Assembly: GCA_035221665.1 (NCBI GenBank)
Contig: CM069151.1
Coordinates: forward strand, 33,852,001-33,916,000
DNA length: 64,000 bases
Origin: Okamejei kenojei
Lineage: Eukaryota
Direction of reading: 5' to 3'
Shown: positions 1-13,467 of the stretch, in pieces
Position numbering within the stretch: position 1 is the stretch's first letter
How the letters are laid out: every line of letters begins with the position of its first letter
Translations under genes and position numbers: made by a program
The notes under the pieces: generated by a model
What the model was told of the DNA's origin: nothing
Databases searched by the model: none
What the model saw: the letters and a program-made list of their open reading frames with translations, nothing else

Positions 1-1911
1 CTTTTGCTGGTTCACCACATTTCAGTCCCCAATCTTAAAACCACAAGCACAATTTATCATGTATTAATTTAAGTCATACATTTTGCAGGTGAGTATTAAT
101 GAAGATACGAGAGTGCATTTAGATCTGCATTAACAGCTTCAGCAAGCTGGAAGCATTTGTCCAATCCTTCCAGCTGGCCAGAACATGGGTCCAAACCAAA
201 GATTTAAGCAGATGTCAGAGAAAGTGTGTAGTATAGGTGGGTGATGTGAATTGGAGGAGGATGTGAGGTCAGATCTAAGGCTAGATACAATTAATGTGAC
301 ATCGGCTGAGGAGGAGGGAGTTAGATTTGTAATCAGATGGGGGCTTATACTTGCCTTCTCTTGGGTGACTAAGTGGGTGACTAAGCTGCTGGAGATGGTG
401 TGTAAATGACAGAAGAAAAATATAGAAATAATGTATGCATTTTCACGAAACATTTCAAAAATATTGTGACAAATTGCCTTTTGACATTTTAAGCATGGAT
501 TTTACAGATACTTAGTTGTTGAATCAGATTCCACTGTATTAACTGCGTGTCTATGGGGAAAGTGGAGCTTTGAGATAAAATGGATGCACAACTCATATAT
601 TGCAGATTTGTACAATCTCATATTGGAAACCATTATTTACAGTCACTCTTGGGATGCTCTTGTTGCTAGTAAGGCTGACATGTATTGTTGAATCTATGTT
701 GCTGTAGTTGAATGGAGCCACTTCACATGAAAGTACAAACAACTGTGGGACTGGAAGGAGGAATAGGTGAAGATGGTGAATGTCCTATCTTGAAGGAATT
801 TAAAAACCAGAAAAAACTTTCATGATAGTCTAACAGATTTATAGTCAGTTTTACCAATGCCAAACTTTCATTTTAATATCCATCCACCCAGTCTCCTTAT
901 TCACCCATCAAAGCCCATCTCCCATGTCTGTTATCAAAGTCCAGAAATCCAGCAATCAGCTCTCCCTCAATATCCATTTATTCTTTCTCAGCCATTGAAA
1001 CCCAACTATACAGCTTCTAATTTTCCCATCAAAGTCCACCCCTCAATCCTCTGGTTCTCTCCCATTAAAGCCAACATTTGGCTCATCAATACCCAACCCT
1101 CTTGCTCTCTAATTTTGCATGAAAGCCATCCTCCAATGCCATCATTCTTTAGTTGGTCACCCTTCCAGTCCCCTAATTTTCTTTAGTTAATTATTTATTT
1201 TTATGTGATTTAAAGTTTGCCAAATATTTCATGGATTGTAAGAGGATGATTGTGAACTGGCATGGAGAGCTTTCTACGTTCATTTTGTACCTGGGATAGT
1301 TCATTTAAATTTTAGTTTGTACATCTGGTATCTCCTCCGAAGCTTTGTTATTCCTATCATTTCAATCAAAGGATAGGAATTCTTCTTGGATAATTTTTTT
1401 CGATCACTGTCTAAACATGTCCCCCTTTTCCTTCTTTACACTGCTTTCTGTGTTCAACCGTGGAAAAACTAATATAATTAATTCACATACAAGATTCAAC
1501 TGTTCAGCATTCGCCCTCCATCTGCACTGATATTTCTGCAGCTAGAAATCATCTCCCTCACACTCCTGCTTCCACCTTTGATCTTTCAAATCCATTAAAA
1601 CATTTAATCCCTCTCACCCTAATTGTTGCTCATTACGGCTCTCATATCCACTCGCCTAAACTGAAGGGATCTTATGCACTGTAAAAACAAGGACCTACAC
1701 ATTCTAGTAAACAAATATACACAAATTGCTGGAGTTACTCAGCAGATCAGGCAGCATCTTTGGAGAATATGGATAGGTGATGCTTCGGTCGGGATCCCTC
1801 TAAACTACTAATTATAGAATACTGGTTTGGCCATCCTTCATTCTTCTAAACACCAAGAAATACAGGTGAAAGCAATGTGATTCTCTTGGTAGGACAACCA
1901 TCTCTTCCCAA

Positions 1912-2088
1912 GGTAGACAAAATGGCTGGAGAAACTCAGCGGGTGCAGCAGAATCTATGGAGTGAGGGAAATAGGCAACATTTCGGGCCGAAACCCTACT
2001 CCATAGATTTTGCCGCACCCGCTGAGTTTCTCCAGCACTTTTGTCTACCTTCGATTTTCCAGCATCTGCAGTTCCTTCTTAAACATAA
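1912..2088. mobile_element. Penelope-type short element, fold-back form
   Basis: Inverted arms (ctggagaaactcagcgggtg / cacccgctgagtttctccag), tail cagcatctgcagttccttc, flanking direct repeat catctcttccc at 1899-1909 and 2089-2099. Confidence 0.8.
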
Positions 2089-2589
2089 CATCTCTTCCCT
2101 ATCAATATATATCCACAACATGTTTACAGTTATTTTTGTACTACATACAAGCTTTCTCTAAAAATGTATTTATCTGTTCTTAATAGCTTTTTAGCCTTTT
2201 GCTACTGTATCCTTAAAATCTTCCCAGTCCTCTGGTGTACCACTAGTCCTTGCCACTTTGATACCCTGCTTTTCAATTATTATCCTTTGCCTCCTTTGTT
2301 ATTGCCCCAAACTCCTTGTAATCCTGCAACAGAAACTCCTTCTTCATCCTAGCTATGTCATCAGCCCCTACATGGAACACGACCACTGATTCCTTCCACC
2401 CATTCCAAGTTCTTTTCTAGCCCAGAAGCGATGTCCATAAATAACCACAGCACCAGGCTGGCATCACAGCCTGGAGAATGATCAGTCCGGTGCACGTTGT
2501 TAAGCTTTTCATCACATAAATATTACGCAATGACTTTCTCATCAAAATAATTATTTCCTCTTGATATTCAGTGATACTATTGTCACCAA

Positions 2590-3260
2590 GTGCCCTATGA
2601 TTGACATCCTGGGGGCCACCATTGATCATCAGAAGCTTAAATGGTGCAGCCACATAAACATGGTGACTACGAGTGGAGGGTATTATGTGGCATGTAACTG
2701 TGGAGGGAGGGTATTATGTGGCATGTAACTGTGCAAAAGCTTAGCCCAACCTATAACACTAAGTCACAAATGTGATGGAATACTCTCCACCTATCTGAAT
2801 ACATTTTGTTCTATTGGTGCTTCTGAAGCTGTTTGCAAACCAGAGTGAAACGGCTTGCTTGGATGCCATTCACTTTGCTTGAACAATGATTTCTTCCATG
2901 CTATGACTGTAGAATATTTTATCTGCAAGATGCATTCCAGCAGTTCACCGAAACTCAATTAACACTATTTCCCAAAGCCATGTTCTCTACCACAAGAAGG
3001 AACAAGGGTGGTAAACATATAAAAACAGCCTGCAAGCTCAATTTCCCCTCTGTCACCACCTACAAATTTCCCTCTCATGTAGTACATCATCCTGACTTTT
3101 AAATATTTTGTCTCTTTTTAATATTAATTGAATCCTAGAACTCCTTACCCAGCAAATACTGAGGAGGTACGTGCATTGCACAAACTGCAGCAGCTCAGGA
3201 AGATGGATCACCTTCGCCTCAAAGATGTGCAGGGATGGGCAATAAATAAATGCAGCATAT
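2590..3260 (+). mobile_element. Ancient LINE 3' fragment (CR1/L2 group)
   Basis: DILGATID..KL.W..HI and VMEYSP remnants; related pieces at about 23300-23760 and 39220-39390. Confidence 0.45.
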
Positions 3261-3603
3261 TCTATGCTAAATAAAAAAATTGTCAAGATGAGTAAAAGGA
3301 GTTAATATATAGAGATCTTCTATGAGCGAATTGAATGGTAAACAGATTCGGGAAGTGAACGGCTTCTCCTTATTCTTAATACATAGGGCGTACCCGTCAT
3401 CTGACCCACACATAGTAGTCAATAATTTCTGTCAGTCTGTCGGCAGTCAAAGCACAAGTTGAATTTAGGATCAATAGATTTAACTTTTTGTTCTTTTTTA
3501 TGCTCTTTTTCATGTAGGAGTTATATGCTCAAGGAGTTAAATTGTATGGATTCGTGGAATTATTTGTATTATAATTGTCAGTATTTATAAGCATCAGCTC
3601 CTA

Positions 3604-3735
3604 GTAACCATGGAAACAATATGTTCAATGTTATCAACGCAGTGCTCAATTGGAGCTTGGAATCTGTAACCATGCGAAATAAAATAGACACAAAGTTAGC
3701 CTCTGCTTTCGGCAACGGCATTGAAAATGACGTCA
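3604..3735. promoter_or_regulatory. RFX X-box (GTAACCATGGAAAC, 3604-3617) plus palindromic CRE (TGACGTCA, 3728-3735)
   Basis: Consensus motif matches only; no functional data. Confidence 0.4.
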
Positions 3736-5030
3736 TTCGGCCTCTTTTGTCTGCAATATGTATAAATATATCTGGTATCTATACAAATACATTGATTTGT
3801 ACATCTGGTATCTCCGAAGAATGCATCTATATATTTATGCAGAGAACATGCATCCATTACACCTTTCAAATTTTGTACAGTGCACACGTCTTGTTACAAT
3901 TGCTGCCACATTTAATCAGGACTACTGAGGTGGATCTGATAGTATAATAGTGTGATAGTAAATAAAACCAAGGAATTCAACAGTTCAGACAGTATCTGTG
4001 CAGGGGATGGACAGAGTAGTATATCTGCCAGTGTACAATAGGTTTTATTTTGATGTCATTAGAGAACTTCCTGCACTTCTGGAAAAGTTGTTTGGATCCC
4101 TACATATTAGATTTAAGATGTGAGGTTTCAATTTGCTGCGCTAATAATTCACACGTGAGATGCATCCCCAGTGGAGGCATAATTTTACAGCATCAAGCCC
4201 TCCATGTTCTGACTCGAAACGTAGTCTGTCCATTCCCTTCACTATCTGACTTACTGAGCTCCTCTAGTAGTTTGTTTTTTGATGAGCAAGACAATATCTT
4301 TTCATTGTTCATTTTTATTCTGCATCATGCATCCATCCCCATCTTGCTACTTATATCTATGATCAAAGTACAGGAGTAGGAGTTATTGACTGATCCTAAT
4401 GGTGTTGACAGAATGGAATGGTACTGGCGACATTGGTTGGGTATTTTGGGCAGATTTAGACTCAGCTACCTGTGCTTTTACAGGATTATTAGATCTGGTG
4501 AAGTTGGGAAAGGTGTGAAGATCAGCATTCACTTTGTTGCACAACACTGTCCAGGGTTAAAAGGGTTGCTGATAATAATCATCTAAAAATGGTATGCTTG
4601 AGCCTTGGACTGCATCCTGCTGAGACAGATGAGTCGTAATAAAAATAAACTAATAGATCAAATCCCCATTTACACCCACAAGAAATAACCTCCAGCCATT
4701 CACTCTTGTTGTGCAGAACCCTAATGTACCAAGCCTGCTGCTGAATTCAGCTTTGGGTATGATTGGTACATTAAAGTTGTGTTATAGAAGGCATTGTTTA
4801 GTTTTGTTAAATGTGGGTGATGGTCTGTAATGAGTAGCTGATTAAATAGAACTCGGAATGTGGGCTGTTGTGTGAATGTTTCAGGCAGTCTATAAATGTC
4901 CACGTTCAGGAATATTAAGTCCTGAGTAACCACTTCAGCTTGTCACGATTCAGCCTAAAGACCATCACCTTTTTTGTTAATAGTGGTGAATCATGCCTGC
5001 TGTGACTAACAAACACACATTATTACTTGG

Positions 5031-5127
5031 GGGTTACACAAAATGCTGGAGAAACTCAGCGGGTGCAGCAGCATCTAAGGAGCGAAGGAGATAGGCGACG
5101 TTTCGGGTCGAGACCCTTCTTCAGACT
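5031..5127 (-). mobile_element. Penelope-type short element with intact minimal hammerhead core
   Basis: Minus strand reads gt-CTGAAGA-a-gggtctcgaccc-GAAAC-GTC. Confidence 0.8.
5097..5126 (-). ncRNA. Putative minimal type-I hammerhead ribozyme
   Basis: CUGANGA, stem II (GGGU/ACCC), GAAAC, palindromic ACGU and a GUC cleavage triplet. Stem I is weak in this copy. Confidence 0.55.
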
Positions 5128-5464
5128 TATTACTTTGTACCTCTGCACACTTCAGGATAACTATGCTGCATTGTCAGACTCTCCAAGATTCTCACACTGG
5201 CAGTCCTATTATTATGCAGTGTTAACTTCCTCTTGGCTTCCTGCAGTCATGGCTAATGTGTGTGTTTTAAAACGACAGCACTTTAGAGGTCAGGATGACT
5301 GATGTCAAGGGTCTACTACCTCTTATGATCTTACTCATTTGGGGCACGTTTCTGTAAATTTCAATTTTTTTTCTATAAAATAGAAACACTTATATTATTG
5401 TATAAAATAAAACTGGGAAGGCGGCACAACCGTGGCTGACGAGGGAAGTCAAGGGTAGTGACTT

Positions 5465-5990
5465 CCAAGGAAGAGGCATATAAATCGGCCAGAAGAATGT
5501 AGAACTCAACAGAGGAGGACAAAGGGGTTAATTACGAAGGGGAAAAAATAGCATGAAAGAAAGCTTGCGGGAAATATAAAAACTGACTGTAAAAGTTTAT
5601 TTAGGTATGTAAAAAGGAAAAGACTAGAGAAGACAAACAAACATAGGTCCCTTACAGTCAGAGACAGGTGAATTTATAATGGGAAACAAGGAAATAGGAG
5701 AACAGTTAAACGAGCACCTTGATTCTGTCTTCACTAAGGAAAAAACCTTTTCACCCAGAGGGTTGTGAATCTATGGAATTCTCTATTACAGGCAGTAGAG
5801 GCCAATTCACTGGATGTTTTCAAGAGAGAGGTAGATTTAGCTCTTAGGGCAAAGGGAATCAAGGCATATGGGGTAAAAGCCAGAACGGGTATACTGATTT
5901 TGGATGATCATATTGAATGATGGTGCTGGCTTGAAGGGCCAAATGGCCTACTCCTGCACCTATTTTCTATGTTTTATGGTTCTATGTATG
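5465..5990 (+). mobile_element. CR1 LINE fragment with internal deletion
   Basis: IKTDCKS-like ORF2 piece joined to the CR1 3' end (gttgtgaatctatggaatt ... gaagggccaaatggcctactcctgc). Confidence 0.75.
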
Positions 5991-6109
5991 GTATGATTCG
6001 GTATGATGACAAATACTCTGTCGAACGTCTACAGGTCAGGCACGTGCCGTCAGGGTAGGCAGTGCCTACCCTGACTAAAATTATAAAATAGTAATTATTT
6101 TATATATAT

Positions 6110-6606
6110 TCAATTTCAATTCAATTCAATTCAAATTTAATGTCATTGCACAGATACAAGTATGGGTACAATGAAATGCAGTTTAGTGTCAGTACGTAGT
6201 GATAGCAATGTTTAGATAAATACAGATAAATAAATACAGATGTGGGAATCTATCGGCGGGACTCCGAGTTCAGCAGTGCGATGGTGTTATTGTAGAAGCT
6301 ACTCCTCATCCTGCTGCTGCGGGACCTGAGGCTCCTGTACCGCCTCCCCGATGGTAGGAGGGCAGACAGTCCATGGTTAGGGTGGGAGGGGTCCTTGATG
6401 ATCTTCCCAGCCCGTCTCAGACACCGTTTTCGGTGGAGGGCATCCAAAGCAGGGAGCGGGGCACCGATGATGTACTGGGCGGTTTTCACCACCCGTTGTA
6501 GTGCCTTCCTGTCTGCTACGGTGCAACTGCTGTACCATACCGTAAAGCAGGTGGTCAGGATGCTTTCGATGGTACAGCGGTAGAAGCTGGTCAGGATCAG
6601 GGGGGA
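6110..6606 (-). mobile_element. Rex1/Babar LINE 3' fragment
   Basis: ORF 6250-6771 FYRCTIESILT...LQRVVKTA...LLPSGRRYRS; (TTGAA)n tail. Confidence 0.85.
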
Positions 6607-6756
6607 NNNNNNNNNNNNNNNNNNNNNNNNNNNNNNNNNNNNNNNNNNNNNNNNNNNNNNNNNNNNNNNNNNNNNNNNNNNNNNNNNNNNNNNNNNNNNN
6701 NNNNNNNNNNNNNNNNNNNNNNNNNNNNNNNNNNNNNNNNNNNNNNNNNNNNNNNN
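6607..6756. other. Assembly gap (150 N)
   Basis: N run. Confidence 1.
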
Positions 6757-7448
6757 AAATAGTAAAGGCACGGGAGAATTATGCCTCCCTAAGAGATCAA
6801 TCTCTTAGGGAGGCATAATTATCCCGTGCCTTTCATCAGCAGTACGTTTTAAACACGGAAGTATGTGCTACTCACGTGCTATGGACGCTGCTTCGAGCCA
6901 TCAGTGGGAACGGTCCGTAAAGGCAGCTGAAACTCTGCCTTCACACTGTGAACCAACTGTGTGCATGTGCTGCGTTGCGCACTGCGCATGCGCACCAGCC
7001 TACTGCGCATGCGCATGTGCAAGTTTCTTAGCGGGATTTTCAAGTGTGGATGGTGATTACCTGAAGAGTTTCACGAAGCAACCTTATGGATATTTTTGCT
7101 GCAGAATTGAATTTTGTGCACAAATAATATGGTAAGTAAATTTATTTTAGCTATATGTTTTTAAATACTTTATTAAGTGATAGGACCTATTGAAAACAAA
7201 TTACATGATAAAAGTTGAGGGAACAATTTGCGCATGCGCGGTTTCCACGATTTAAAAATAGCCGAATGACAGTTCACCGGGGAGGGAACAATGTGCGCAT
7301 GCACGGTTTTCAAGATGTAAAAAATGCCGACCGGCAGTTTACTGGGAAGGGAACAATGTGCGGGGAGATAATAATCTGCGCATGCGCGGTTTTCAAGATT
7401 TTTAAAAGCCACTGCCTACCCTGGCTGATTACTCACGGCACGTGCCTG

Positions 7449-7975
7449 CTACAGGTGTACGGTGGAGAGCATATTGATTGGTTGTATTACAAACTGGTTT
7501 GGTAACTAGAATGCCCTGGGATGAAGGAGATTGCAAAGGTGGTAGATAATGCCCGGCCCATCAAGGTACTCACCTCCCCACCATTGAATAAGGCAGCCAG
7601 TTTTATCAATAAACCACACCATCCTGGCCATGCTCTCATCTCGCTACTAACAAAGGGAAGCATGTACAGTAGCCTGAAAACTATGACCACCGGATTCAAA
7701 AACAGCTTCTTCCTAACAATCAGGCTATTGAATACTACACAATATTATCCTCAGCAACAATGATCTTCTAGGGACTTTATCGATTGGTTGTACTATCGAC
7801 TTTGGTATTTTTGCATTATTATGGTTTCCAAGTATTACTGGTTATTTAATTTATCATATTTTTTGGTTATTATATATTATCTGTGTATTATTATTATTTT
7901 TATGGGCCTGTTAAGCTGCAGAAATATGGATGTTGTTGTTCTACTGTCTGTGCATATGACAATTAAACTCTTGTT
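7449..7975 (+). mobile_element. Rex1/Babar LINE 3' fragment (host of the hAT insertion)
   Basis: YRCTVESI continues across the TSD; HHPGHAL and FKNSFF motifs. Confidence 0.75.
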
Positions 7976-10299
7976 AGCACCAAACCCACCCGAATTACAA
8001 AGTATGAAATTGCACTATGGTTCATCGCTGAACTCTATAGACCATACTTAAGATTCTTGGATCCCAAGTATATTGATTTTATTGCAAATAGTCGGTATTG
8101 CTGAATTACAAATGTAAGATTGCATAGGATTTGAAGTAATAAGAGAAGACTGCTTGGCTCTTCTAGAATGTTATTTGCTGCGTTATTTGTTGGATAAGCA
8201 AGTAAATCATATTGGATACTAGTTGTTATTGACTGGAAGTCAGAGTGATTGGGATTGTGCTGCCGATGAAAAATATAGCACAGCGCTGGACAGAAACTGG
8301 CTATGGTAGAAGCCTGTTATTAAGATGCCATAGTACATTGTACTGCAGCATTATAATTACTGGGATATCTCCATTAAGATCGTTTGTTTATATGACTTTA
8401 GATTCAGTGATTCCAACTTTCTGCAAAACCATGTGAAAGTACTGTACTAATGGTTTGATTCCGTGTTCAGAGTGACAATAAATGAGAACACTGTGATTTA
8501 TTTACAAGGGGAACGTGTAAGCCTCATATTTTTTACAGCTCTGACCTCGTTCAATGATAAACTAATTTCAAGACTGTGCTCACTCTTCATGGGGTTTGCT
8601 AATCCCAAATAAATCCTATTTTCCTACATTCTCCTAAATTAATCCTATACTAATATACTATTTCCTTTATTTTCTTATGCACCTGCATCATTCCTGAAAA
8701 CCGACCACTTTTCTTTCTCCATGTTATTCTCGCTGGCTTCCACCAATTCCAAGCTCATCTTCATTGATGGAGAAATCAGTGGAAAGTGTTTTCAAGTGTG
8801 AAAATGAAGAACAGAACCAGAGGAGAGATGAGGATAAATTATGTATCCATAATTTACCCACTGGTGATTGATTTCAGGCAAGTGGAACCTCATTAATGAG
8901 AGTTAAGCTCTGACTAATTCACAAAAAAGATTTCAGTAGGCACTGGAATTGAAAATTGTAAACAAAAGATCAGAGCCGACTGAAAATAAACACTCACATC
9001 TTGCTTCACGATCCCTTCATTAAGTGGGCTGTGAAGGCCAGATATATTCACACCCACAGAGACCCTTAGCTAGAACAACAACTGAGAACAACAAATGAAT
9101 GTACGCAATGATCATGCACAGTAACACTCAGGAAATGCCCAGCTCTCTGTTCGTGAGTCTGTGTAGTTATATAGGAAAGAGACCTATGAGGCAGACGCAA
9201 TAATTTCCAATCAAATGTTGAATATTAGTTTGAGAGGATCAGTCTCTTCAGACCAGTCTCCAAGGAGATTATCGGCAACCTTTTTTGGTAGGATACATTG
9301 AACTTGGCAGTAAACTGAATCAATCAATCAGTCTGTTTATTTTAAGTTATTTCTGATTTTGATATACCTAAATTCTCAGCACCATCTCTCTCTCTCTCTC
9401 TCTCCTTCTCTCTCCCACATTTCCCTCCCTTCCTCTCTTTTTGCTTCTCTTTTCATGTCAGATTTTTCCTTTTATTTTTCATAGTCTAACACAGTTACTA
9501 TTTTCCGTCTGCCATTATTTCTTTCTTCTTGTTTCTGCATTCCCTTTCTCTGATCCTTTCTCTCTTTTATCCTCATTTTAGTTTATTTTTCTGCCCACAA
9601 TATCCCTTCAATCTAACCTGTTATTTCTTTTGACCTCATTCTCTCTTTCACTCTTCACTCCTCTGGTCTCATGCACACAGTTATGGATCGAGCGACTGGG
9701 AGCACAGTTTTCCCATCCAGCTGAGTATTTGGATGTGGTTCTGGGGTAGCTGCATGGAGCACAGGATGATTCACCAGGTTGCTATGCTGGTTTCCATGGC
9801 ACATAGCAGTTGCTATTCAGGTCTCCATATTGCAACTGGTTTTATATTATGTTTTTGCAAAGGTTATCTTGCAGTTCCAGTATACCTCACTTGTGAATGA
9901 GTTCATGTTTTCACATGTAGTATCCCACGTATTACTTTGGTTTAACATTTAAATGAGAATTCTGATTAAGCTGCAAGTTGATTAAATGTCAATTATTACC
10001 GGTATCTTTTCAATGGTTCTTTATTGTCACTTATGCACTGCACAGTGAAATTCTTGCACCCATCGCCATATTTTGGCGCCATTTACAAAAGAAAAAGTCC
10101 AAGATCTGGTCCACATGCTGCATGTACTGGAGCGCATCCGATCCAGGTAAGTAATTCTACAATTCCATAGTAAACTCTAGGTAAAATACCACTGTAATAC
10201 TCTAGTGTAATACTGTGCAGTATAGCAAGAAACATAAAAATCAAGTGTGAAAGCTTCTGTACATATATAAGAAGGAAACAACTGTCAAGGACAAATGTG

Positions 10300-11480
10300 G
10301 GCATACCTGGGAGAATTTATTAGGCGGAATAAGGAAATAGTTGAGTTAAACAAATACTTTGTGTCTGCACAAAAAGCCTGCCAGAAACAAGATAAAACCA
10401 AGTGTTCAGGGCAAAAAAGAGTAAAATAAGTGAAATACATAATCAAAAATGTCTTAATAGTCCAAACATATCATATCCATTGGATCCCATCACATCTACT
10501 CCACTAGATTCTTAAAGAATTCCAATGGATGAGAAAAACAGGAAATATTGCTGGAGGTTAATGACTCTGAAATATAAACATAAAATGTTTGAAATGCCCA
10601 ACTGTTGAAGTGCCATCTATGTAGAGAGAAAGATGCATGCCTGATCTGCTGGATATTTACAACAATTTGTGTCAGATTTCCAGCGAAGGCAGTTTCTAGC
10701 TATAATGAATGATACTAAAAAAATGATAGATTCAAAGGTATTCATGATCTGCATTCCAATGTTTTGAAATTATGGAATATTCCTGCAAGTAAAAAATGTG
10801 ATCTCAGCAAATGAGGAGCTGCTAACTTATAAATCTGACATCATTAATAGGGAAAATGCAGGAATCTATCTTGAAGAATATGAAAGCAGGCACCTTAGAA
10901 GGCTATAACATGATTGAGCATAGTCAATGTGCATTTTGAAAAGGAAATCATGTTTGACTAATTTATTGTAGTTCTTTATGAATCCAGAAGAGCAGAGTGG
11001 GGGGAAAGTAATGTATGTTGTATATTCGGACATTTAAGAAGTTTTCAACGTGGCCGAAAATGTGAGGTTATCCGCTTCAGTAGAAAAGACTGAAATGTTG
11101 TGTTAAATGGTGAATTATTAGGATATGTTGATTTTCAAGGGAACCTGGATGCCCTGTACACAAGTTATTGAAAGATAACATGCAGATGAGGCAAATGCAA
11201 TGTTGGCCTTTATTGCAAGAGTATTTACATATAAGCATGAAAATGTCTTATGGTATTTATTTGGGACTTCGGGGGGACTGCAAGTGAGTATTGTACATAT
11301 TTGGTTTCCTTACCTAAAATGGATATACTAGAATATAGGGATGATAGTGAAGATTCATCAGGGATGAAGATAGATTGAGTAGCCTAGGCCAATAGTGCCT
11401 GAAGAATTGCCCATGACCTCTTTGAAGCATTCAAAATTCCTTGAAGTTTCAATCATAGATGTGGGGAGAATGTTTTTTTC
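10300..11480 (+). mobile_element. Old decayed CR1 LINE
   Basis: Remnants of the KSCLTNL and NAMLAFI motifs. Confidence 0.6.
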
Positions 11481-11484
11481 ACGT

Positions 11485-13465
11485 TCAGATTCTGTTTAGT
11501 TTATTGAAATTCTTTGTTCACACAAACTCACAGATTAAACAGTAAACATGCAGTAATGATAAATGCAACAATGAATACAGTGATAAATGCTAAACAGCAA
11601 AAATGTAGTACAAAATCCAAGTTGTGCAAAAAAATATTGAAGTACAATACTCGAATAACTGAATGTGGTAGAGTTAACTGTAAGAGGATATGGCAGCACC
11701 TTGTATGAAAGAGATGATTAGTTCAGAAGTCAAATAGCAGTGGGTCAGAAGCTGTTCTTAAGTCTGGAGATCGGCGCTTTCAAGCTCCTGTATTTTCTCC
11801 CAGAAGGCAGAAGAGAGAAAAGGGAAGGGTCAGGGTTGCAGGCAACCTTGACGATACTTCTAGCCTTCCTGATGCAACCCACCTTGAAGGTGTACATAAA
11901 ATGCTGGAGGAACTCAGTGGGCCAGGCAGCATCTCTGGAGAGACGATATGCGTGATGTTTTTGGTTGAGACGCTTCTTCACACTGTGGGATTTCGGTGTA
12001 AACCAGCATCTGCAGTTCCTTCCTACCCAGCTTGAAGATGGACTGAATGGAAGGAAGTGACAAGGCTGTGATGAATTGGGCAGGGTCGGGAGCAGAGCAG
12101 TTGCATTCTAGGCTGAGATGCATCTTGAATGTGTGGATGTTCAAAAGAATCTTCATAGACATGCCAAAACTTCTTAGATGCCAAACAAAGTAAATTCACG
12201 GATGCATTTTCTTGAATTGAATTGAATTGAATTGAATTTATTTGTCATTCAGACCTTTCGGTCTGAATGAAATTTCGTTCCCCTGCAGTCATACATATAA
12301 TAAAAAAATGACAGAAACACACAATAAACACAAATTTAACATCCACCACAGTGAGTTCACCAAACACCTCCTCACTGTGATGGAAGGCAAAGTCTTAAAG
12401 TCTCTGTCTCTTCCCTCTTTGTTCTCCCTCTGCGTCGAGGCGATCCAGGCTTCCGATGTTGTGAGCTCACCGGGCGATGGTAAGTAAGTCAGTCCCGCGT
12501 TCAACCAAGCTCCGCGAACAGGCCGGTTCAAAGTCTGCGGCCCGGGGTGGTCGAAGCTGCCGAAGCTGTCGCCCTCCAGACCAGCGGACGAAGCTGTTGT
12601 TGCGGGAGCTCAGAAAAACAGGTCACCAACCTGTGACCTGCGAGCTCCCAACGATGTCGTCCACTGGGCCCACAGCCGAGTCCACCGGGCCCGCGGCTGA
12701 GGTCGCGGTCGGGCCACTGCCACTGCCGCTGCCACTGCTCCGGGGCCGAGTCGGGTCGCCGCTTGCTCACAGCTGCCGCCGCTGCTGCCGCTGGAACAGC
12801 CTGTGGGGCCAGCGTGTCGCCGCTGCTGTTGCTGTGCTCCCCACAGCTCTGGGGCCAAGCCGGGTCGCCGCTGCTGCTGCCGCTGGAACAGCTCCGGGGC
12901 CGAGTCGGGTTGCCGCTGCCGCTGGAACAGCCCTGAGGCCGCCAGCTCACCCATTAGGCCTCGACAGAGACGAAGACGGGGAATACGACAAAAAAAGTCG
13001 CTCCCCCCCCCGAAGGAAGAAACCAAAGACATGTTTCGCCCCCCCACAATCTAATAAAACAAAATTAACTAAAAACAGGACAAAGGAACACAAAAAAAAG
13101 AAAATAACAGACAGACTGCAGGCGGGCTGCAGCTGTTAAGCCAGCGCCGCCATCTTGAATCAATTGATCACTTGAGCAGTTTCTTGATCACTGCATGTGT
13201 GTGAAGGGACTAGTGAGGTTTTTGGTGAAATAAATGTCAATAAACTTGAAGCTGTTGATCATCTCAATGCAAGCTCCATTAAGGGGTGCGGGGTAGTGAT
13301 CACCCGTTTACTTCCTTAGGTCAGCAACCAATTCTTCTGTCTTGTTGATGTTAAGAACTAAATTACTGTTGTGACACCATAACACTCGATTTTTGATCTC
13401 TGTCCTGTACTTTGTCTCACCATTGTTGCAGATTTGGCCAACCCAGAGATCAATAACGAAACTGT
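11485..13465 (-). mobile_element. Decayed Rex1/Babar LINE split by nested insertions
   Basis: ORF fragments LFSLLPSGRKYRSLKA (11745-11981) and WCHNSNLVLNINKTEELVAD (13308-13541). Confidence 0.7.
12215..13156 (-). mobile_element. Non-autonomous LINE derivative (5'UTR fused to 3'UTR), GC-rich
   Basis: Minus strand starts AAGATGGCGGC and ends with a GAAA-tetraloop hairpin (12245-12270), AATAAA and (TTCAA)n; short duplication cttgaat at both ends. Confidence 0.7.
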
Positions 13466-13467
13466 AA

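Larger units (their letters stand above)
6037..7448. mobile_element. Non-autonomous hAT-type DNA transposon containing a nested Rex1 fragment and an N gap
   Basis: TIR caggcacgtgccgt at both ends; 8-bp TSD ctacaggt at 6029-6036 and 7449-7456. Confidence 0.85.

Noticed and set aside
9681-9777. Possible exon after a long pyrimidine tract
   Set aside because: Weak donor, no homology, cannot be linked to the gene.
12477-13139. 220-aa and overlapping Ala/Arg/Pro-rich ORFs
   Set aside because: Open in several frames because of GC-rich repeats inside a non-autonomous retroelement; no coding signature.
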